Below, piece after piece: positions 8,901 to 14,572 of a stretch of DNA of 14,572 bases (positions within the stretch are counted from its first letter, which is position 1; each line of letters opens with the position of its first letter). The translations under genes and the position numbers were made by a program. The notes under the pieces were generated by a model. That model made no database searches, had not been told where the DNA came from, and saw nothing but the letters and a program-made list of their open reading frames with translations. The stretch comes from Pseudomonadota bacterium (GTDB taxonomy: Bacteria > Desulfobacterota > Desulfobacteria > Desulfobacterales > RPRI01), in NCBI GenBank assembly GCA_043825875.1, contig JBDRRF010000059.1:1-14572 (forward strand). The letters are read 5' to 3'.

Positions 8901-10041
8901 CGGGCCTAAGCCTCCTGTATATTTCAACAAGTGCTTCTTCTTTTGAACTTACTTTATCTACAGCCAAAGTTTTTCTTATTGAGTCACTACTCGACATAAC
9001 GTCAGAAAATAGTATCCCGAATTCATTGATACCGGCATCTTTAAGCTTTGAAATCAACTTTTCACTGACCGTATCATTTGCCTTGACTATAGGCTTATTC
9101 GTTTCAGGTTCATAAATAGTATATGCAAAGGCCTTTTCAACAATATCTTCAATATTTATTGGTATTGTACCCATTTTGGATGATATCAGCTTCTTTATCA
9201 GCTTTGGAGTATATGGGCGGCCTTTTTTAGCTAGTATTTCACCAGTATCCGGATCTTTAATATCACGTGTAAATTTCTGATCTTTGTATAAATCTTCGCT
9301 AAGTTCTTTATATAAGCTTTTTCCGCGTATGATTATCTTCTCACTCTTATAAAAATATGAGAGAAGATCTTCAGGAGTATATCCAAATGCTTTAAAGAAA
9401 ATCGTGATAGGAAACTTGCGTCTTCTATCTATTCTTATATAGACTATATCTTTGGGATCAATTTCAAGATCTATCCATGACCCGCGCACAGGTATGATTC
9501 TCGAACTGTAAATAATTTTGCCGCTTGAATGTGTTTTCCCCTTATCATGGTCAAAAAACACCCCGGACGATCTGTGAAGCTGGCCAACAACTACCCTTTC
9601 GGTCCCATTGACAATAAAAGTACCTTTGTTTGTCATAAGGGGAACCGTTCCGAAATAAATCTCCTGCTCTTTTATGTCACGGATACTTGAAATACCGGTT
9701 TCTTTGTCAACATCATAAACAACAAGCCTTACGGTTATGCGTACAGCTATTTCATAAGTCATACCTCTGTGTATGCATTCCCCTACACCGTGTTTTATCT
9801 CTCCGAATCTATAGGATACATACTCAAGAGAAGCGCTCCCTGTATAATCTTTTATAGGGAACACCGATTTAAATACTGCCTGAAGCCCGATATCTTCACG
9901 TTTTTCAGGAGCAACATCCATTTGCAATAAACGTTTATATGATTCCAGCTGCATCCCTATCAGATCAGGTATTTCAACAATTCTTTGGATCTGACCGAAA
10001 TTTTTTCTTAGCCTTTTTTTTGCCAAAAGCCTTTCCGACAT
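5941..10041 (-). CDS. rpoB: DNA-directed RNA polymerase subunit beta
   Basis: 1366 aa; rifampicin cluster [60 protein letters not shown] upstream of the ATG. Confidence 0.99.
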   Translation of the reverse strand: MSERLLAKKRLRKNFGQIQRIVEIPDLIGMQLESYKRLLQMDVAPEKREDIGLQAVFKSVFPIKDYTGSASLEYVSYRFGEIKHGVGECIHRGMTYEIAVRITVRLVVYDVDKETGISSIRDIKEQEIYFGTVPLMTNKGTFIVNGTERVVVGQLHRSSGVFFDHDKGKTHSSGKIIYSSRIIPVRGSWIDLEIDPKDIVYIRIDRRRKFPITIFFKAFGYTPEDLLSYFYKSEKIIIRGKSLYKELSEDLYKDQKFTRDIKDPDTGEILAKKGRPYTPKLIKKLISSKMGTIPINIEDIVEKAFAYTIYEPETNKPIVKANDTVSEKLISKLKDAGINEFGILFSDVMSSSDSIRKTLAVDKVSSKEEALVEIYRRLRPGNPVTPEVAQNFIDNLFFKTAYYDLSSVGRVKINQRLGIESSPDLKILRKEDILLTAKTLIELRDTQGIVDDIDHLGNRRIRAVGELLENQYRIGLVRMERAIKERMSLQEVDTLMPHDLINPKPVAAIVKEFFGTSQLSQFMDQTNPLSETTHKRRLSALGPGGLTRERAGFEVRDVHPSHYGRICPIETPEGPNIGLIVSLSTYARVNDYGFIETPYRVVNDGTVTNEVKFLDAFEEKDLPIAQAKAPIDEKGKYINPLVTSRVAGETMMVNKEDIALMDVSPNQLVSVSASLIPFLENDDANRALMGSNMQRQAVPLMVSEAPLIGTGIEGVVAKDSGVTVVAERDGVVESVDACRIILSHDPSEKGYDRHVTINNLSKYMRSNQNTCFNHRPIVEKGQRVEAGEIIADGPATEKGELSLGKNVTVAFMPWGGFNFEDSILVSERLVRDGVYTSVHIEEFEIVARDTKLGKEDITRDIPNVGDEALKDLDESGIIRLGAEVQPGDILVGKITPKGETQLSPEEKLLRAIFGEKAGDVKDTSLRVPPGVEGTVIDAKVFSRRGIDKDERTYFIEETEIKELERNRDDELSVIEDIARVQIVKVLDGQICNTPVKKGKKALLAKGDKIDAEILADIPVAQLEGIVLKDAAVTEQIHDLLEQYRSQRTLCREDFEKSISRYEKGDDLPPGVIKMVKIYIAMKRKLSVGDKMAGRHGNKGVVSRILPQEDMPYFEDGTPVDMVLNPLGVPSRMNAGQILEIHLGRAAKSLGDQLNVLIEENNISELRNKFNKIFTDKDSNAIISKMDEQGLRDFAGNYKNGVHMATPVFDGAKESEIKMLLEEAGQYSSGQATLYDGRTGEPFKGMITVGTMYMLKLHHLVDDKIHARSIGPYSLVTQQPLGGKAQFGGQRLGEMEVWAMEAYGAAHALQEFLTVKSDDMAGRTRMYEKIVKGQNMLEPGIPESFKVMTRELQSLGLDINLLEENKE

Positions 10042-10322
10042 GGCATCTCCCTTTTATAGGATTCAATAATAAAAGAAATTATGAAAATCTTTCAACAATG
10101 TCTAATCTGGTACTTGTGTAAAAAGTCATAAGACTGCTCTTTACTTTGCAAGACCTTTGTATAACATCCATCATCTAAAGCCGCATCAAAGTAAAAATAT
10201 TTGTTTGCGACCGAATATAACCCGATATGAAAAATAAGAATTATTCACAACCCTTATTCAGATTTTTGGTACAAGCGGCTCTTTTACCATCCCAAGCCGG
10301 ATCTTATCTGCTTTATTCATGA

Positions 10323-10347
10323 TGAGGGGTTTTTTACAAACCCCTCA
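10323..10347 (-). terminator. Stem-loop downstream of rplL (possible attenuator or processing/stability hairpin)
   Basis: Perfect 10-bp inverted repeat TGAGGGGTTT/AAACCCCTCA with a 5-nt loop, about 50 nt after the rplL stop. No U-tract follows on the coding strand, so termination is uncertain. Confidence 0.45.
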
Positions 10348-10394
10348 AATACAATTACTATATAGAAACAAAAATTTAAAAATGATTCTTTCGG

Positions 10395-10778
10395 TTATTT
10401 TATTTCAACCTGGGCACCGGCTTCTTCAAGCTGTGCTTTGATCTTGTCCGCCTCTTCTTTTGATATAGCCTCTTTCACTGCTTTCGGAATTTCATCAACA
10501 AGAGTTTTTGCCTCTTTGAGGCCAAGGCCTGTAATTGCTCTTACTTCTTTGATGATCTGAATCTTTTTGTCACCATGTGAAGTCAGAATAACAGAAAATT
10601 CAGTCTGCTCTTCGGCTTGAGATTCGGCTGCAGCCGGACCAGCTGCGGCTACCATTGCCACAGGAGCTGCCGCAGATACGCCAAACTTGTCTTCCAACTC
10701 CTTAACAAGCTCGGACAATTCGAGAACTGACATGTTAGCTATAAATTCAATAACATCTTCTTTAGTAATATTTGACAT
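10395..10778 (-). CDS. rplL: 50S ribosomal protein L7/L12
   Basis: 127 aa; [26 protein letters not shown], Ala-rich hinge, [22 protein letters not shown]. Confidence 0.99.
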   Translation of the reverse strand: MSNITKEDVIEFIANMSVLELSELVKELEDKFGVSAAAPVAMVAAAGPAAAESQAEEQTEFSVILTSHGDKKIQIIKEVRAITGLGLKEAKTLVDEIPKAVKEAISKEEADKIKAQLEEAGAQVEIK

Positions 10779-10885
10779 TTTAATTATTCCTCCAAATTAT
10801 TCAAAAATCCTCCGCAGCAAGCTGCAGGAAATATTTACGATAACATAATGAATCTTTTATCTTCCGGCTTATCCCAAAACAATAA

Positions 10886-11407
10886 TCAAGCCGCTTCTTT
10901 CTGTTGTTTAATCGCCTGTAAAACATATAAAAACTGCTTTGGTATTTCGCCAAGTGTCCTGACAAATGCTACCGGCACACCATTCATCGCCGAAAGCACT
11001 TGAGCTAAAAGCACTTCGCGGGATGGCATAGTTGATAACGCCTTAATTGCATTAAAATCAAGTGCTTTACCGTCTAGTAAACCAGCTTTAATAGTCAGGT
11101 GCTTATTGGTTTCAGCAAATTTTATAAGTATCTTTGCAGGAGCTACAGGATCATCATAGCTTAAAGCAACTGCGGTAGGACCCTTAAAATTTTCTTTAAT
11201 CAAAGCCGCACCGGTATTTTCAGATGCTCTCTCAAGAAGAGAATTCTTTACTACTCTGTATTCTATTTGAAATTCCCTTAATTTTTTCCGCAAATCGCTT
11301 ATTGCTTCAACATTGAGACCTTTATAATCAGTTAGAATTACCACTTTCGCACTGGCTAATTTCTCATGAAAATTTTCTGCAATCTTTTTCTTTTCTTCAA
11401 GCTTCAT
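10886..11407 (-). CDS. rplJ: 50S ribosomal protein L10
   Basis: 173 aa; DYKGLNV...LRKKLR...VVKNSL, GPTAVA, MPSREVLLAQ; SD AGGAGG at 11419-11424. Confidence 0.99.
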   Translation of the reverse strand: MKLEEKKKIAENFHEKLASAKVVILTDYKGLNVEAISDLRKKLREFQIEYRVVKNSLLERASENTGAALIKENFKGPTAVALSYDDPVAPAKILIKFAETNKHLTIKAGLLDGKALDFNAIKALSTMPSREVLLAQVLSAMNGVPVAFVRTLGEIPKQFLYVLQAIKQQKEAA

Positions 11408-11533
11408 AAATAATAACGCCTCCTTTCCAAATCTGTATAAACCGGAGGTCTATATCCGATCAGCGGAAACAGGAAATTGCAATAATTTTGCATCTCAAAA
11501 ACAAATGCTTTTCATCATATATGCAATCTTAAT

Positions 11534-11595
11534 CCGTCTCGGTAGGTCGGCAACACCGCTTAAGCATTAAATTATACGCCTACGGTCTTTGACAG
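11534..11595 (-). promoter_or_regulatory. Ribosomal protein L10 leader (autoregulatory cis RNA element)
   Basis: Minus strand reads CTGTC-AAAGAC-C-GTAGG...GCTTAA...CCTAC-CGA-GACGG. The outer helix CUGUC/GACGG, the AAAGAC/CGA internal loop, the GUAGG/CCUAC helix and the UUAA motif fit the L10-leader architecture, at the expected position upstream of rplJ. Confidence 0.85.
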
Positions 11596-11651
11596 AATTG
11601 TATTTACTTTATAATTTTATCAATTATATCAATTGGTTTACTAAAAGCTTA

Positions 11652-11679
11652 TCCCGTTACAAGTTAATTTGCAACGGGA
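11652..11679 (-). terminator. Stem-loop downstream of rplA (possible weak terminator or stability hairpin)
   Basis: Minus strand TCCCGTTGCAA-ATTAAC-TTGTAACGGGA forms an 11-bp stem. Its single imperfection is a G-U pair only on the transcribed strand. It is followed by TAAGCTTTT, a poor U-tract. Confidence 0.5.
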
Positions 11680-11771
11680 CTATATAAGTTAAAATCTTAT
11701 CTTTATTAAATAATAAAATGATTGGACAGGTATAATATTCACCGGGTAATAAAATCCCTTATAGAAAGAAA

Positions 11772-12476
11772 TTATTTTATAAGTTCTTTAATCAAGGATA
11801 AGTCAATTCGAATTCCCGGCCCCATTGTTGTGGAGATAGCCATCCCTTTTAAATATGTACCTTTACTGCCTGAAGGTTTAAGCCGCATTATGGTTTCAAG
11901 GAAAGCCGACATGTTTTGAACAAGTTTCTCCACACCGAATGAAACCTTGCCCATGGGAACATGTACTATTCCGGCTTTTTCTACCCTAAAATCCACCTTT
12001 CCAGCTTTTAATTCATTTACAGCTCTAGCTACATCAAAAGTGACAGAACCTGTTTTAGCATTCGGCATAAGCCCCCTTGGCCCAAGAAGCTTTCCAATCT
12101 TTCCGACAGAACCCATCATATCCGGTGTGGCAATTGCTTTATCAAAACCCAACCAGCCACCTTGGATCTTTTCAATAAGATCATCATTCCCGACAAAATC
12201 GGCACCGGCATCCATGGCTTCTTTTTCTTTTTCTCCTTTGGTAAAGACAAGAACCTTAACTTCTTTGCCTATTCCGTTCGGCAAGACAACAGCTCCCCTC
12301 ACCATCTGATCTGCATGCCTAGGATCAACACCAAGACGTACGGCAACATCAACTGTTTCATCAAATTTTACATAAGATGAATCAATTGCTGCCTTAACAG
12401 CAGCAGCAATGTCATTTTTTGCCTCGGCATTAGCCTTTGCTTTAGCTTCATTATATTTCTTACCATGCTTAGGCAT
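11772..12476 (-). CDS. rplA: 50S ribosomal protein L1
   Basis: 234 aa; [48 protein letters not shown]. Confidence 0.99.
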   Translation of the reverse strand: MPKHGKKYNEAKAKANAEAKNDIAAAVKAAIDSSYVKFDETVDVAVRLGVDPRHADQMVRGAVVLPNGIGKEVKVLVFTKGEKEKEAMDAGADFVGNDDLIEKIQGGWLGFDKAIATPDMMGSVGKIGKLLGPRGLMPNAKTGSVTFDVARAVNELKAGKVDFRVEKAGIVHVPMGKVSFGVEKLVQNMSAFLETIMRLKPSGSKGTYLKGMAISTTMGPGIRIDLSLIKELIK

Positions 12477-12502
12477 TTCGCTTTATTAACTCCTTTTCAT
12501 CT

Positions 12503-12925
12503 TTAACCAATTTCTATCCCCATGCTTCTGGCTGTTCCTGCAATAATTTTAACTGCTGCAGCCGTATCATTGGCGTTAAGATCGACCATTTTCTGCTTAG
12601 CAATTTCCTCCACCTGTTCCCGCGTGACTTTAGCCACTTTATCTCTCTTCGGGTCGCTGGATCCTTTTGCTATCTTTGCCGCTTTTTTCAAAAGTATGGA
12701 AGCAGGCGGCGTTTTTGTTATAAAAGTAAATGATCTGTCCTGATAAACAGTAATAACAACTGGTATTACCATTCCCTCATCATCAGCGGTCCTGGCATTA
12801 AAAGCCTTACAAAACTCCATTATATTCACACCATGCTGCCCGAGAGCAGGACCTATAGGTGGAGACGGATTCGCTTTTCCGGCCACAACCTGCAATTTAA
12901 TCATTGCCATAACCTTTTTTGCCAT
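12503..12925 (-). CDS. rplK: 50S ribosomal protein L11
   Basis: 140 aa; [39 protein letters not shown]. Confidence 0.99.
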   Translation of the reverse strand: MAKKVMAMIKLQVVAGKANPSPPIGPALGQHGVNIMEFCKAFNARTADDEGMVIPVVITVYQDRSFTFITKTPPASILLKKAAKIAKGSSDPKRDKVAKVTREQVEEIAKQKMVDLNANDTAAAVKIIAGTARSMGIEIG

Positions 12926-12947
12926 TTCTTTCTTTTCACTCCTGATG

Positions 12948-13478
12948 CTATATCTTTGTTACCTGTACGAATTCCAATTCCACCGGGGTCGAGCGTCCGA
13001 ATATGCTTACAAGTACTTTTATCTTCCCCTTTTCCGGGTTAACTTCCTCAACGACACCATTAAAATTCGTAAAAGGTCCGTCTACTACCCTTATTTCATC
13101 TCCGGTTTCAAAATAATATTTCGGTTTGGGCTTTAACTTTCCTGCCTCCATTCGGTTTAAAATCTGCCCTGCCTCTTCGTCTGAAATGGGGGTTGGCTTT
13201 TCTCTTCCTCCGAGAAAGCCGCTTACTTTAGCAGTATCATTAACTATATGCCAGACTTCATCATCAAGCTCCATTTGCACCAAAACATACCCTGGATAAA
13301 ATTTCCTGGTGGAAGTCTTTCTTTTTCCTTTAACAAGTTCCACTACCTGTTCTGTGGGAACCAAAACTTCTCCGAACTTATCAGGACGATTATAAGTAGC
13401 TATCTTTTCTTCAAGAGCAGTTTTTACTTTGCCTTCGAACCCAGAATATACATGCAATATATACCACTTAAGAGCCAC
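12948..13478 (-). CDS. nusG: Transcription termination/antitermination factor NusG
   Basis: 176 aa, GTG start; NGN domain [11 protein letters not shown]...[10 protein letters not shown] and KOW domain [16 protein letters not shown]...[10 protein letters not shown]. Confidence 0.99.
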   Translation of the reverse strand: MALKWYILHVYSGFEGKVKTALEEKIATYNRPDKFGEVLVPTEQVVELVKGKRKTSTRKFYPGYVLVQMELDDEVWHIVNDTAKVSGFLGGREKPTPISDEEAGQILNRMEAGKLKPKPKYYFETGDEIRVVDGPFTNFNGVVEEVNPEKGKIKVLVSIFGRSTPVELEFVQVTKI

Positions 13479-13496
13479 TCTCCATTCCCCTCATTA

Positions 13497-13895
13497 TTAT
13501 TGAAGAATTATATGGATAAGACTTGACAGACCCATATCAACCACACTTAGAAAAAACGAAACTATCACGACCAGGATAATGACAACTACCGTCGAAGCAA
13601 TTGTTTGTTTTCTGGTAGGCCATGTAATTTTTTTAAGCTCAATTTTAACTTCTCTTAAAAATTGTAATATTTTCTCAATACGATTGTTTGCTTCTTTATC
13701 TGTTAATGTTTTAGCCCCGGCTAAAGATTTTTTTTGCGAAAATATATTTATCTTCTTCGTTTCTGCTACAGTTCCTACAGCCGGAATATTTTTCTTTAAA
13801 ACCTTACCTGTATTTTGAGAAGTATCCGGCGTATCGACACTTTGTTTTAATTTTTTTTTATTGTTTGAGGTCTTTTTTCTCAGTAGTCGTGCCAT
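13497..13895 (-). CDS. secE: Preprotein translocase subunit SecE (single TM, long basic N-terminal extension)
   Basis: FLREVKIELKKITWPTRKQT motif followed by one hydrophobic helix, located between tRNA-Trp and nusG. ATG at 13895 (AGGGA just upstream; 132 aa) is preferred over the ORF-track TTG at 13922. The start is uncertain. Confidence 0.93.
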   Translation of the reverse strand: MARLLRKKTSNNKKKLKQSVDTPDTSQNTGKVLKKNIPAVGTVAETKKINIFSQKKSLAGAKTLTDKEANNRIEKILQFLREVKIELKKITWPTRKQTIASTVVVIILVVIVSFFLSVVDMGLSSLIHIILQ

Positions 13896-14114
13896 AATAT
13901 CCCTGTATTGCAATATATCCAAACCAAAATCTCTGGTTAAGATCCAATAAAATCTTATTAACCTAAAATTAAAACCAGCTTTTCATTCAACTGAAAACAT
14001 TTCCCACTCTGCCATCGTTTGAAGTAAGCAACCCTCAGCCCAGGCCATGGTTAAATATCATCGACCTGTTGGGATTTTTATTAGTCCTTCAATATTTATC
14101 ATTCATAAAATATT

Positions 14115-14190
14115 TGGCAGGCCAGGAGGGATTTGAACCCCCAACACCCGGATTTGGAGTCCGATGCTCTGCCGTTAGAGCTACTGGCCT
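14115..14190 (-). tRNA. tRNA-Trp (anticodon CCA), CCA end encoded
   Basis: AGGCCAG TA GCTC TAACGGCA GAGC A TCGGA CT-CCA-AA TCCGG GTGTT GGGGG TTCAAAT CCCTC CTGGCCT G CCA: complete 76-nt cloverleaf, anticodon at 14157-14155, discriminator G. Confidence 0.98.
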
Positions 14191-14253
14191 GTATATAAAT
14201 TATAAAAAGTGCGTATATCCTTTTCCCAAAATGCCTATTTAAATACAATATGG

Positions 14254-14403
14254 CTATTTTGTTTCTTTATGAGTGGTATGTTTTCTGCAAAACCTACAGT
14301 ATTTGCTAAATTCAAGCTTATCCGGTGTTGTTCTTTTGTTTTTTGTAGTAGTGTAATTTTTTCTTTTACATTCACTACATGACATTGATATAATTACTCT
14401 CAC
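14254..14403 (-). CDS. rpmG: 50S ribosomal protein L33 (Zn-binding, C+ type)
   Basis: Manual translation from GTG at 14403: [49 protein letters not shown] (49 aa, two CxxC motifs); SD AAGGAG upstream. Too short for the ORF track. Confidence 0.97.
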   Translation of the reverse strand: MRVIISMSCSECKRKNYTTTKNKRTTPDKLEFSKYCRFCRKHTTHKETK

Positions 14404-14421
14404 CTGCCGACTCCTTAGCCG

Positions 14422-14572
14422 TTATCCTATTATATTGCTTACAACTCCTGCACCGACCGTCCGTCCGCCTTCCCTTATCGCAAACCGAAGCTCTGTCTCC
14501 ATTGCTATAGGAGTTATCAACTCCGCCGATATCGCTACATTGTCTCCGGGCATTATCATCTCTATCCCTTCG
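14422..14572 (-). CDS. tuf: Elongation factor Tu, 3' end (partial)
   Basis: Manual translation: ...[49 protein letters not shown], the canonical EF-Tu C-terminus; TAA at 14424-14422. Confidence 0.98.
   Translation of the reverse strand, partial: EGIEMIMPGDNVAISAELITPIAMETELRFAIREGGRTVGAGVVSNIIG

Noticed and set aside
6850..9360. Divergent segments of RpoB (about 8960-9360 and 6850-7200)
   Set aside because: They correspond in position and approximate size to the known proteobacterial-type insertions beta-i4 (SI1) and beta-i9 (SI2).
10808..10829. Small hairpin with a CUUG tetraloop and an SD-like GGAGG between rplJ and rplL
   Set aside because: The stem is short, there is no U-tract, and rplL has its own SD. 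It is not enough to assign a function.
13491..13499. Triple stop TAA-TAA-TGA after secE
   Set aside because: It is real but trivial in an AT-rich genome, and the TGA is part of the nusG SD region (TGAGGGG).
9..13818. All plus-strand ORFs in the track (60-120 aa, e.g. 5153-5509, 11947-12309, 11722-11919)
   Set aside because: They lie wholly or largely antisense to conserved essential genes, many start at TTG/GTG, and none has a recognisable motif. They are shadow ORFs.
13896..13922. TTG start at 13922 for secE (ORF track)
   Set aside because: No SD is visible upstream of it, whereas the ATG at 13895 is preceded by AGGGA.
13983..14048. 21-aa minus-strand ORF MAWAEGCLLQTMAEWEMFSVE with two Trp codons after tRNA-Trp, as a leader peptide
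   Set aside because: No properly spaced SD, the Trp codons are not tandem, and there is no terminator/antiterminator pair or Trp-related downstream gene. Probably chance.
14080..14190. tRNA-Trp as an integration site for a mobile element
   Set aside because: I saw no duplicated tRNA 3' end, no integrase and no foreign genes; the native order rpmG-tRNA-secE is intact.

Overview
Core housekeeping cluster, all on the minus strand. In transcription order: tuf (3' end only), rpmG, tRNA-Trp(CCA), secE, nusG, rplK, rplA, L10 leader, rplJ, rplL, rpoB, rpoC, rpsL, rpsG, tuf (5' end only). Gene order and protein sequences suggest an AT-rich Desulfobacterota (deltaproteobacterial) organism; this is inference, not a database result. 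The standout observation is in RpoC (1470 aa): a 97-aa in-frame insertion (aa 573-669, nt 3931-4221) reads as a parvulin/PpiC-type peptidyl-prolyl isomerase domain inside the RNA polymerase beta' subunit. It sits at the loop where cyanobacterial and plastid beta' is split into RpoC1/RpoC2. Other oddities: the str operon has no fusA (tuf starts 45 bp after rpsG); two tuf copies bracket the block as direct repeats and have a distinct codon usage (15/15 Ile codons are ATA); SecE has a long Lys-rich N-terminal extension. The ORF track missed both tuf fragments and rpmG, which I translated by hand. All plus-strand ORFs look like antisense shadows.
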